DNA of 64,000 nt from Candidatus Moanibacter tarae (lineage in GTDB: Bacteria > Verrucomicrobiota > Verrucomicrobiia > Opitutales > UBA2987). A model generated the notes under the pieces. The model was not told where the DNA came from. It was given only the letters and a program-made list of their open reading frames with translations, and did no database searches. Position 1 is the first letter of the stretch. Every line of letters starts with the position of its first letter. The stretch is taken from assembly GCA_003226295.1 (NCBI GenBank), contig CP029803.1, forward strand, positions 166,226-230,225, written 5' to 3'. A program made the position numbers and the translations under genes. This document shows positions 9,570-18,867 of the stretch, piece by piece.

Positions 9570-11312
9570 CTAGGTCAAAGAATGTGAGATAACGTCGTGT
9601 TGGGCGTGCCAAAGATGGGCATAATTGCCGTCGTTATCCAAAAGCTCTTCGTGACCTCCCTGCTCGACAATTCTTCCTGCTTCGAGAACCACAATTTGAT
9701 CGGCTCGTCGAACGGTAGAAAGACGATGGGCGATAATTAGGACTGTTCGGTCCTGCATGAGATTTTCAAGTGCATTTTGAATGTGACGTTCGGTGACGCT
9801 ATCAACGCTTGACGTGGCTTCATCCAGGATAACAAAGGGAGGGTTCTTAAGAAGAACACGGGCAATAGTGAGCCGTTGTTTCTCACCCATGCTCAATCTG
9901 ATGCCCCGTTCTCCAATGGTGGTTTGGATCCCTTGGGGGAGCTTTAAAACGAAATCCAGAGAATGGGCACCTCTAAGGGCCTCGATCAATTCTTCATCGG
10001 TTGCTTCCTTTCGGGCCAGGCGAAGATTTTCCTCAATTGTTCCGTCGAAAAGAAATGGGTCTTGGGCAACAAAACCGATATTTTCCCTGAGTTCGGCGAG
10101 TCGAAAGTGTCTCACATCAGTTCCATTGACAAGAACCTTACCCTGATCGACATCGTAATAGCGGAGAAGGAGATTTGCTACAGTTGACTTCCCTGAGCCA
10201 GTATGTCCGACAAGAGCGGTTACCTGTCCCATTGGGAATTTCAAGTCAAAGTTTTCAATGAGTTGGTCTCTCTGGGGATAGGCAAATCGGACACCGCAGA
10301 GTTCCGCTTGTACAGATCCAGTTGGAAATTTAACGGGAATGGTAGGGTCCTTGACTGAGATCGGATGATCAAGAATCTCGAAAACACGTTCGCCTGATGC
10401 TTTGGCTGTGCTCAACATGTGAGTGAGGGAATTAAGAGTATTCAGAGGTGCGTAGAGCATCGAGCAGAGGTAGAAGAAGGCGACGAATTTGCCAAATGTG
10501 AAGGAAGGATCCATTATCAGAAGGTAGCCGCCCATCCCAATTACCGCGACGGTTCCAAGACTGGCGATAAAGTTAGAGGTAGGGTTGTAAACTGACCAAC
10601 GAAACGCCGCCGTCAGCGTTCGGGATTTTAGAATCTCTGCTTGCTTCCGGAATCGAGCACGTTCGTTTTCTTTGAGAGCAAAAGAATGGATGAGCCGATT
10701 GCCTTGAATATCTTCAACAAGGAGACCGTTCAGAGCGCCGGCTGATTCGCGAACCAGTTGCCAGCTTCTTCGTGTTACAATGGCATGGTTCCAGCCGAGA
10801 AAAAAGAGAATTGGGAGGGGAGCAACGACGAACAGAGCGAGGAGCGGTTCCTTCAGAAATAGCATTGATGAAATGCCGAATACGTAGACGAGGGAAACAG
10901 AGCCTTGTTCTGTTCCATCAAGCAGGGCCCTCTCTACATCCTGCACATCTTCAATGACACGAGAGGCAACTTCTCCGGTCTTTCGCTGATCGTAAAAGGC
11001 AATTGGTAGATCAAGTAGCTTGGCATGCAGATCATGGCGCAGATCGATGAGTACTTTCTGCTCTACAATATTATTAAGCCGAATCCGCAGGGAGTTAAGC
11101 AACTCGCCGAAGAAGTAGCAGCCTGCGACTAGAAGGACTCCGATCCAAATCAAGTCGATCTTTTTGAGGCGTATGATATCATCAATTACCCATTGTACCA
11201 CCTGTGGTGCGCTCAGCGTGAAGAGAGCGCTTCCGATGGCTAATACGAGTGTCAGGATGAAAAGCGTTCGATAGCGGAAGAGGTAATGAGAGACTCGCCA
11301 AATCGTTCTCAT
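9570..11312 (-). CDS. ABC transporter, fused permease/ATP-binding protein (MsbA/exporter type)
   Basis: 580 aa. The N-terminal half has six transmembrane helices. Walker A is GHTGSGKST, the ABC signature is LSMGEKQR, and Walker B is FVILDEATS. Confidence 0.9.
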   Translation of the reverse strand: MRTIWRVSHYLFRYRTLFILTLVLAIGSALFTLSAPQVVQWVIDDIIRLKKIDLIWIGVLLVAGCYFFGELLNSLRIRLNNIVEQKVLIDLRHDLHAKLLDLPIAFYDQRKTGEVASRVIEDVQDVERALLDGTEQGSVSLVYVFGISSMLFLKEPLLALFVVAPLPILFFLGWNHAIVTRRSWQLVRESAGALNGLLVEDIQGNRLIHSFALKENERARFRKQAEILKSRTLTAAFRWSVYNPTSNFIASLGTVAVIGMGGYLLIMDPSFTFGKFVAFFYLCSMLYAPLNTLNSLTHMLSTAKASGERVFEILDHPISVKDPTIPVKFPTGSVQAELCGVRFAYPQRDQLIENFDLKFPMGQVTALVGHTGSGKSTVANLLLRYYDVDQGKVLVNGTDVRHFRLAELRENIGFVAQDPFLFDGTIEENLRLARKEATDEELIEALRGAHSLDFVLKLPQGIQTTIGERGIRLSMGEKQRLTIARVLLKNPPFVILDEATSSVDSVTERHIQNALENLMQDRTVLIIAHRLSTVRRADQIVVLEAGRIVEQGGHEELLDNDGNYAHLWHAQHDVISHSLT

Positions 11313-11432
11313 AGAGGATCAGTAAGGAAAATTTTTGTCTTCTTAATTCCAACGGATCTGTATCGTAACTCGTTATTAATCCTGGAATCCATAGGATCTG
11401 AATTCCAATAGATCTTTATTCTCGGAGAATGC

Positions 11433-12620
11433 CTAGTAAAATCTGATCGAGGGATCGATTTTATGTGCCCAGGCGTTAATTCCGCCCCCGATATTTGAGG
11501 CGAATTTGAATCCTTTGGAGCGTAGGAATTGGGTGGCTTGAAGGCTGCGTGATCCATGATGGCAGTGGATAAAAATAGGGTGATTTGTTGGAAGTGATTC
11601 ATATCTATCAGGAATTTGGCCCAAGGGAATGTTAATACTTCCTTTAATGGAGCAAATCTCTACTTCGTAGGGTTCCCTGACGTCGATGAGGAGACAGTCG
11701 ACTTCAGAATTGAGAATGGAATGTGCTTCTTCCACAGTGATTTCTAGAGGGTGTGTGGCAACATTGCTTCCAGCAGCGTCCTCGGCGTTTGGAACGTTGC
11801 ATTGGAACTCATAGTTTTGGGCTTTCAAGTTAAGAATTGTTGGATTGTCCCCGCATAGGGGGCAATTTGGATCTCTTTTAAGATTTAAGGTTCGAAAATT
11901 CATCGAAAGGGCTTCGGTTACAAGAAGCCGGCCTTTCATAGCTTCTCCGAGACCCAGTAGGTACTTGATGGCTTCCATGGCCTGAATGCTTCCTACTATC
12001 CCACAGAGGGCGCCGAATACTCCAGATTCTTCGCAGTTAGGAACGACTCCTGGGGCCGGCATTTTGGGGAATAGACACCGGTAACAGGGTCCTCCTTCTG
12101 AAGTGTCGAAGATTGAAACTTGTCCCTCGAATTGGAAAATACTGCCATAGACTAACGGTTTCTTAGTGAAGAACGCTGCATCATTGACGAGGTATCGTGT
12201 AGGGAAATTATCACTCCCATCAACCACGAGGTCGTAGTTCATAAAGAGAGAATGAGCATTATCAATAGTTACACCTTCAGAGTGATTTTGAAGCGTGACA
12301 GCCGGATTCAGATCTTTGATTTCAGCTATTGCAGATTCGGTTTTTGAGCTTCCAACTCGAGATGTTTTGTGTAGGATTTGTCTCTGGAGGTTGTGTTCTT
12401 CGATTCTGTCGAAGTCTGCCAGGCCCAAGGTGCCAATCCCAGCGGCTCCAAGATATAGGGCAACGGGACTGCCCAGGCCTCCCATTCCAATCACTAAAAT
12501 CTTAGCGTGGGACAAAATTTCCTGACTTTTAAGACCGACATTAGGAAGAATGATTTGTCTGCTATAACGAGCGATTTCTTCCGGGCTGAGTGGGTTTCTT
12601 TTTTCTCGCTTTTGATTCAT
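11433..12620 (-). CDS. MoeB/ThiF-family adenylyltransferase with a C-terminal rhodanese domain (MoeZ-type sulfur-carrier E1)
   Basis: 395 aa. It has RYSRQI, GMGGLGSPVALYLGAAGIG, two CxxC pairs (CYRC, CPLC), and a rhodanese active-site loop (HCHHGSRS). Confidence 0.85.
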   Translation of the reverse strand: MNQKREKRNPLSPEEIARYSRQIILPNVGLKSQEILSHAKILVIGMGGLGSPVALYLGAAGIGTLGLADFDRIEEHNLQRQILHKTSRVGSSKTESAIAEIKDLNPAVTLQNHSEGVTIDNAHSLFMNYDLVVDGSDNFPTRYLVNDAAFFTKKPLVYGSIFQFEGQVSIFDTSEGGPCYRCLFPKMPAPGVVPNCEESGVFGALCGIVGSIQAMEAIKYLLGLGEAMKGRLLVTEALSMNFRTLNLKRDPNCPLCGDNPTILNLKAQNYEFQCNVPNAEDAAGSNVATHPLEITVEEAHSILNSEVDCLLIDVREPYEVEICSIKGSINIPLGQIPDRYESLPTNHPIFIHCHHGSRSLQATQFLRSKGFKFASNIGGGINAWAHKIDPSIRFY

Positions 12621-12775
12621 TGAGAAATTCCTCTAATCGGATCTAACTCAAAGCATGAAGGAGAGACTGTCAACTAACCTGGGATATTTAAAATTTTTCC
12701 AAGAATCACATTTACACGAGGTTCCTAATGGATCAGAAGTTATTAAATAACTAGCTGCTGCGAAAACAGGGCATT

Positions 12776-13870
12776 GTGAGTATGAGTGAGAGATTTGCTG
12801 TAATAATGGCTGGGGGACGGGGAGAAAGATTCTGGCCAGCGAGTAGATTGAAGCAGCCCAAACATCTTCTACCTATTGTTGGGGATGGGCCTATGTTAAC
12901 TCAGACGGTGGAGAGACTCGATGGGGTTGTTCCTGAAGAAAATCTTTTTGTGATTACAAATCAGGAACAAAGGGATTCGATGCTGGAAATTGTCCCAGGC
13001 TTGGTTCCGGAGCGTGTGATCGCCGAGCCGGTCGGCCGTGATACAGCTCCAGCAGTAGCTCTTGCTACTTTATTGGTAAAGTCCAGGAATCCAGACGCTA
13101 CCTTTGCCATGCTGCCTGCGGATGCAGTTATTCAGCCGAAGGGAGCATTTCAGGCTGACTTGGTACATGCTTTCGAGGCGGCGGAAAGAGAAGACGCGAT
13201 CATAACGATTGGAGTGAAGCCGTCCTATCCAGCGACTGGATACGGATATATACATAGAGGCCCAGCGGTCTTTCATGTTGACGGAGCCCCAGTCTATTCG
13301 GTCAAAAAATTTGTTGAAAAGCCCTGTACGCAGACTGCAGAAGAGTATGTCGCCTCTGGGAATTATTTTTGGAATGCGGGAATCTTTTTGTGGCGGGTCT
13401 CGGTCATAGAATCCCAGTTTAAACTTCACGCTGAAGAACTATGGGCAAAAGTTGACGAGGTTGAGCAAGGAATAAACAGAGGGACTAAGCTAGACTTCCT
13501 CCTCGATACTCACTACCCTCTGATGGAAAAGGTCTCAATCGATTACGCGGTCCTGGAAAAGGCTGATCGGGTGCTGACGGTTGAAGCGAGTTTCAATTGG
13601 GATGACGTGGGCGAATGGGCCGCGATCGCACGACACTACCTGGCAGATAAGAACGGAAATGTTTCGAAAGGTAGCGCTCTTTTCCAGGAGAGTTCGGATA
13701 ATATCGCCTTCAGTTCTGAAGACCATTTGATAGCCATGTATGGGGTAGAGGACCTCATTGTTGTAAGAACCCCTAACGCCACCTTAGTCTGCCCCAAAAG
13801 CCGTTCGCAGGATATCAAAAATCTCGTTCAAAAGATTGCGGGCCATCCGGAATGGAAACATCTTTGTTGA
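12776..13870 (+). CDS. Mannose-1-phosphate guanylyltransferase (NTP-transferase family)
   Basis: 364 aa. It has AVIMAGGRGERFWP and GYGYI. The ORF-track start at 12776 is GTG, with an alternative ATG at 12782. Confidence 0.8.
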   Translation: MSMSERFAVIMAGGRGERFWPASRLKQPKHLLPIVGDGPMLTQTVERLDGVVPEENLFVITNQEQRDSMLEIVPGLVPERVIAEPVGRDTAPAVALATLLVKSRNPDATFAMLPADAVIQPKGAFQADLVHAFEAAEREDAIITIGVKPSYPATGYGYIHRGPAVFHVDGAPVYSVKKFVEKPCTQTAEEYVASGNYFWNAGIFLWRVSVIESQFKLHAEELWAKVDEVEQGINRGTKLDFLLDTHYPLMEKVSIDYAVLEKADRVLTVEASFNWDDVGEWAAIARHYLADKNGNVSKGSALFQESSDNIAFSSEDHLIAMYGVEDLIVVRTPNATLVCPKSRSQDIKNLVQKIAGHPEWKHLC

Positions 13871-14313
13871 TGAATTTTCTTGGAATCGACTATGGGGAAA
13901 GGCGGATTGGATTGAGTATCGGGGATGAGCTTGGCATTGCCGTGCCTCTACCAGCAGCAGTGGAAAAACACGAAGTGGGCAGGCTGGACCATATTTCACA
14001 TCTGGTCGAGGATCGAGGAATCACGGATATAATTGTCGGGTATCCAATTAACATGGACGAGAGTGCAGGTTATAAAGCCAGGGAAGTTGATCAATTTATC
14101 GATAAATTGCGGGAACGCTTTCGTATCCCAATCCATCGAGTTGATGAACGCCTGACTACCTATCAGGCAGAGAAGGATTTTTCGGAATCGGGGAAGAGGC
14201 CAACTCGTCGCAGTGGCAAAGTCGATTCTCGAGCTGCCACAATAATCTTGCAGGATCACTTAGATTCGATTTTTGGCCCAAAATTAGAGGCCGATGATAG
14301 CATGATCTCTTGA
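13852..14313 (+). CDS. ruvX: Holliday-junction resolvase-like nuclease RuvX (YqgF)
   Basis: It has FLGIDYGERRIGLS and VGYPINMD. The alternative ATG at 13870 overlaps the upstream TGA by 1 nt and may be the true start. Confidence 0.85.
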   Translation: METSLLMNFLGIDYGERRIGLSIGDELGIAVPLPAAVEKHEVGRLDHISHLVEDRGITDIIVGYPINMDESAGYKAREVDQFIDKLRERFRIPIHRVDERLTTYQAEKDFSESGKRPTRRSGKVDSRAATIILQDHLDSIFGPKLEADDSMIS

Positions 14314-14338
14314 AAATCAAAACTCGAGAATCGGACAG

Positions 14339-15082
14339 ATGCCCATCCGTTGGAAATCAATCGTAGCATATGACGGTACTGGCTTTAATGGCTGGCAGAG
14401 TCAAGTAGGCGGGAATACAATACAGGATATAATCGAGCAAAGATTTGAGGTCATATTGGGATGTCCAGTGCGTGTACACGGGAGCGGGCGTACGGACAGC
14501 GGAGTTCATGCCAAAGGTCAGGTTTTTCACTTCGACGCAGAGTGGAACCACCCGACCGAACACCTTCTTCGTGCTCTGCAGAGCGGAATACCATCAAGTA
14601 TTAGGGTCAAAAGCGTCAGTCGGGCTGTCCGGGATTTTCACGCCCGCTATTCTGCAAAAGGAAAGAGGTACAGCTACCGATTTTATGAAGGACTAGCATC
14701 TCCGTTTGAGACTCGTTACTGCTGGTCTCTCGGAAACATGAGACTTGATGTGGCACTCATGAATGAAGCTGCCTCAACCCTTCTTGGCGAGCACGATTTC
14801 TCTTCGTTTACTGCGAATCGAAGTGATGGATCTAATGAGAATCCAGTGAAGAACCTTAAGCGACTTGAAGTTAAAAGAGAAGGGAGGCGGATGCGAATGA
14901 CAACTGAAGCAGGTGGCTATCTTTACAAAATGGTCCGGACTCTTGCTGGCGCCTTAGTAGATGTCGGGATAGGCAAGCTTAAGCCTGTAGATCTCTGCGT
15001 CGTACTTGAAGCTAGGAAAAGGACAGCTCTCATACCAACTGCACCGGCCCATGGACTTTGTTTGGAAAGAGTTTTTTACTAG
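14339..15082 (+). CDS. truA: tRNA pseudouridine(38-40) synthase TruA
   Basis: 247 aa. It has YDGTGFNGWQSQ, the catalytic Asp block GSGRTDSGVHA, and YLYKMVR. Confidence 0.9.
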   Translation: MPIRWKSIVAYDGTGFNGWQSQVGGNTIQDIIEQRFEVILGCPVRVHGSGRTDSGVHAKGQVFHFDAEWNHPTEHLLRALQSGIPSSIRVKSVSRAVRDFHARYSAKGKRYSYRFYEGLASPFETRYCWSLGNMRLDVALMNEAASTLLGEHDFSSFTANRSDGSNENPVKNLKRLEVKREGRRMRMTTEAGGYLYKMVRTLAGALVDVGIGKLKPVDLCVVLEARKRTALIPTAPAHGLCLERVFY

Positions 15083-15117
15083 TGGGGAGAGAGCAGTCCG
15101 ATAAGTATCAAAGTCTC

Positions 15118-16074
15118 ATGATGTTACGTCATGCTGAGTTCATTCTCTTTGGAACCCGCCCACACGCTTTCTCTTTGAAAGGCATCTATTTACTTGTAGG
15201 TTATTTTTTCGGCGCACTTCTAGTGGCGGCGATTTTAAGTCCCCTTTGTTACTGGGGAATCATATTTTGGGGAGAGGTTTACCCGAATGGTTTGAACTCC
15301 TATCTCGCCGAGAAAGAGTTCGGACGGTACTTTGATCGGTTGCGTTGGTTGGTTGTGATCCTTTTCCTACCTTGGTTCGTTCGGAGATCCGGTATAAAAT
15401 CCTGGTCGAAGCTGGGTCTGAATTTCGAAATTGCATCAGGGAAGGTCGTTCTAGCCTGGTTGTGTCTCGGTGTTGGCTTGTTGGCGATGATCGCTTTGGT
15501 CCAGGCTTTAGTCTACCATACGGAGTATCAATCTTTTGACAACATACTGGGGATTTTGGGAAAAGGTTTGTGTGCGGGATTTGTTGTTGCTCTGGTTGAA
15601 GAAGCGGTGTTTCGCGGCATTGTGTTAAGGATCTTCTATACTGCGTTATCTCCTTTTATCGCAGTCTTTTTAAGTTCCTTGTTTTTTGCTTTCGTCCATT
15701 TTAAGCAATTACCCCAGGAGATTGCTTCACCGGAAGGCACAGTTACGGTTTTGTCCGGATTCTTAGCAGCCTTCTGGACTGTTTTCAGTATTATTCATAC
15801 TTTTGATGCGATCCCATTTCTGAATCTCACGCTGGTTGGTATGGTACTGGGTCTGCTGTTTCTCCGCAGTCGTTCACTTTGGCCATGTGTAGGACTTCAT
15901 GCGGGTTGGGTATCTTTTATTTCTGTTTACGATGATCTGGTAGTTAGTCAGGGTGGGGTAATCCAATTTTTTCTCGGGAGTTCTCGAATGCTAGACGGAC
16001 TTTCCTCTGCTATTCTCCTGGGTTTTATCTCTTTCCTTTTCTTGCGCCTTCCTATCAAAAAATTTGATTACTGA
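15118..16074 (+). CDS. CPBP-family (CAAX) intramembrane glutamic endopeptidase
   Basis: Polytopic membrane protein with EEAVFRG and FAFVHF motifs. The ORF is open from 15058, but that would overlap truA. The ATG ATG at 15118/15121 is the more likely start. Confidence 0.75.
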   Translation: MMLRHAEFILFGTRPHAFSLKGIYLLVGYFFGALLVAAILSPLCYWGIIFWGEVYPNGLNSYLAEKEFGRYFDRLRWLVVILFLPWFVRRSGIKSWSKLGLNFEIASGKVVLAWLCLGVGLLAMIALVQALVYHTEYQSFDNILGILGKGLCAGFVVALVEEAVFRGIVLRIFYTALSPFIAVFLSSLFFAFVHFKQLPQEIASPEGTVTVLSGFLAAFWTVFSIIHTFDAIPFLNLTLVGMVLGLLFLRSRSLWPCVGLHAGWVSFISVYDDLVVSQGGVIQFFLGSSRMLDGLSSAILLGFISFLFLRLPIKKFDY

Positions 16075-16534
16075 ATTCTGATATTTTCCAATCGGTCGAT
16101 TCTCGATTTGGGGTTAGCGAGTTTTTCTATAGATTATAATCGTCCGGGTGAAGGCAACAAAGTCTCGTAGCATTTTACGGAATTAGAAAGAGTCGTTGTT
16201 TGCTAAATCTCTGCCTTAATCAATTTGGAGTAACTTGAGCGCTGCCGGGTAGGTAGGCAAAGGAAGAATTGGGTGCGGGTATTATTGAAAGTGGATTTCT
16301 GGCCGATTCTCTTTAGGTGTCCAGTCGGTGTGAAGATTGTAAAAAATGCCTTTGCAATGTTAGAGGATACCTAATTAGATGTGAAATTACTTTTTTGCGT
16401 AATAATGTGTTTACGACTGGTACAACTCAAAACGCTCGCTAGACGGAAATGCAAGCATTGAGGTATTGAAGCTTCTTGTCCTCCCCAAAAGGTGAGTTGG
16501 TTCTTGGGGCCAGGTATTTTAAAATCACGCAGCC

Positions 16535-17416
16535 ATGGCATTTTTTAAGAAACCTCAGTATTCCACTGTAACTGCATCAGTCCGGACCAAAGATATACCC
16601 AAGAATCTTTTCACGAAGTGTCCAGTTTCTGGGGAGATCGTCTTTCATCGGGAGTTAGAGAAGAATCTCATGGTGGTTCCAGGAAGTGGATACCATTTCC
16701 CATTGAATTCAAAGAAGCGTATTGAGTCTCTCCTCGATGAAGGTTCGTTCGATGAACAGGATGCTGAGTTGAGGACAATCGATGTCCTTAACTTCAAAGG
16801 CCTCTCCGGTTACAAAGAGAAATTAGAGGCCGAGCAAAAGAAAACCGAGATGCCTGATGCGCTTCTTTCAGGAATCGGAGTCATGAATAAAATCGAGGTC
16901 TCAATTGCAGTATCAGATTTCCGATTTATAGCCGGAAGTATGGGAAATGTGGTAGGTGAGAAAATTACCCGTGCGATTGAAAGGGCTGTAAGCCGGAAGA
17001 TTCCGCTTATCATTGTATCTGGTTCTGGTGGAGGGGCTCGGATGCAGGAGGGGGTGTACAGCCTTATGCAAATGGCGAAAACGAGTGCAGCGCTCTCGCG
17101 TCTTCACGAGATTGGGATTCCCTATATTTCCATTCTTACTAATCCTACACTGGGTGGAGCTTCAGCTAGTTTCGCAACATTGGGCGACGTAATCTTGGCT
17201 GAGCCAGGCGCTTTGATTGGGTTTTCTGGTCCACGTGTGATTAAAGAGACTATTCAGGCGGAATTGCCTGAAGGATTTCAGACTTCCGAATTTCTTCTCG
17301 AACGGGGGCTTATTGATCAAATTGTTCCTCGCATGGTACTTCGTGAACGGGTTATTACACTCCTGAATGTACTTCATAGAGGGCGCCGCCCCTCCAACAT
17401 CCGAAAAAAACTCTAG
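16535..17416 (+). CDS. accD: Acetyl-CoA carboxylase carboxyltransferase beta subunit
   Basis: 293 aa. It has [16 protein letters not shown] and GFSGPRVI. The N-terminal zinc-ribbon cysteines appear to be partly lost. Confidence 0.88.
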   Translation: MAFFKKPQYSTVTASVRTKDIPKNLFTKCPVSGEIVFHRELEKNLMVVPGSGYHFPLNSKKRIESLLDEGSFDEQDAELRTIDVLNFKGLSGYKEKLEAEQKKTEMPDALLSGIGVMNKIEVSIAVSDFRFIAGSMGNVVGEKITRAIERAVSRKIPLIIVSGSGGGARMQEGVYSLMQMAKTSAALSRLHEIGIPYISILTNPTLGGASASFATLGDVILAEPGALIGFSGPRVIKETIQAELPEGFQTSEFLLERGLIDQIVPRMVLRERVITLLNVLHRGRRPSNIRKKL

Positions 17417-17469
17417 GTGTCTGTTTTGCCTTGGCGGCACGTTGGTGAGACCGGTTAAGTTATAGAATC

Positions 17470-18759
17470 ATGGCTTTAAGGACTTACGAGGAAGTAAGAC
17501 GCTATCTTTACGGACTTAAGAATAAAGGTTCGAAGTACGGCATCGATAGGATGGTGCTTCTTTCCAAGTTGATCGGACATCCAGAACTAAACTACCCTAT
17601 AATACATGTGGCTGGAACTAATGGGAAAGGGTCGACCTGTGCGATGCTCGAGAGAATATACAGACGCAATGGATACAAAACTGGTCTTTTTACTTCACCA
17701 CACCTTGTCTACCAAGGAGAAAGGGTTCAGGTAAACCGTCGAATTCTTGATCGGGAATCGATTGTAGAGTATACAAACCGCCTCAAGGTCCATGTCGAGA
17801 TGTTAGCTACGAATGACCCGGAGGACCATCCCTCGTTCTTTGAGTTGATCACGGCGATAGCTTTCATGTGTTTTTCTGATGAGGAGGTAGATATAGGGAT
17901 CATTGAAACGGGTCTAGGAGGTCGCCGTGATGCCTCCAATATCGTTGATCCAGAGATCTCCGTGATAACTTCCATTAGTTTGGACCATTGCGATATCCTC
18001 GGTCACACACTGGAAATGATTGCAGCTGAGAAAGGGGGAATAATAAAGGAAGGTAAGCCAGTTGTTCTGGGACACATACCGGATTGTGCGGAAGCGGTGC
18101 TGAGAAAGATAGCTCAGGAGCGGAATGCGGAAGTGCGATCGATTCACGAGCGCTTCGGTTTTGAACCGAAGTGCTGCCCATCAACTAACCTGGAAGGTGA
18201 CTATCAACGATGGAACGCGGCCACTGCAACTTTGGTTGTCGAGACGCTTAATGAACGAGTCCCCGTTAGAATGGAAGAAGTTGGCCCTGCACTACGGGAT
18301 GTTTATTGGCCTGGACGCTGGGATGCTTATCAAGTTGGTGATCATCTTGTGTATCTTGATGCTTCCCACAACCCTGAGGGGGTAGAGGGATTAGCTGATA
18401 ATCTGGAGCGATTAATCAGGGAACGTAGGCGGAAGCCGGTAATCCTAGCAGGCACTCTTGGAAGCTATAGGGCTTCGGTGCTCATGCCTGTGGTTGCTCA
18501 ATTCGCTAAACAGATATTCCTGTTAGAATCAGTTCAGCCTCGTGCCGCGTCTTTTCAGGTGCTGCGTGATTCGATACCGCATGATTACTGTGGTGCAGTC
18601 GTGGAGTCTTCAGTTCGCGAAATTTTTCCGACTCCGGGGTTATGTACTTGTGCCGAACCGCATGATATCATCGTTGCAACAGGCTCGATTTACCTGATTG
18701 GCGAGATAATGGAGGCGATCAATAACCGTTTGCCAGTGGGGGAACACATTCTCCAGTGA
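17470..18759 (+). CDS. folC: Bifunctional folylpolyglutamate synthase/dihydrofolate synthase
   Basis: 429 aa. It has the Mur-ligase P-loop VAGTNGKGST, FTSPHL, ETGLGGRRDA and ISLDH. Confidence 0.85.
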   Translation: MALRTYEEVRRYLYGLKNKGSKYGIDRMVLLSKLIGHPELNYPIIHVAGTNGKGSTCAMLERIYRRNGYKTGLFTSPHLVYQGERVQVNRRILDRESIVEYTNRLKVHVEMLATNDPEDHPSFFELITAIAFMCFSDEEVDIGIIETGLGGRRDASNIVDPEISVITSISLDHCDILGHTLEMIAAEKGGIIKEGKPVVLGHIPDCAEAVLRKIAQERNAEVRSIHERFGFEPKCCPSTNLEGDYQRWNAATATLVVETLNERVPVRMEEVGPALRDVYWPGRWDAYQVGDHLVYLDASHNPEGVEGLADNLERLIRERRRKPVILAGTLGSYRASVLMPVVAQFAKQIFLLESVQPRAASFQVLRDSIPHDYCGAVVESSVREIFPTPGLCTCAEPHDIIVATGSIYLIGEIMEAINNRLPVGEHILQ

Positions 18760-18867
18760 TGCGTATAGCATTGTGGAGTTATCAGCCTTGTTGGTACCTT
18801 TCCGAAATTCCCGAAGGCCCGCTTCTTCAAGGGAGGTGGGTCTTTTGGTTAAAATTCGAAGATACCT

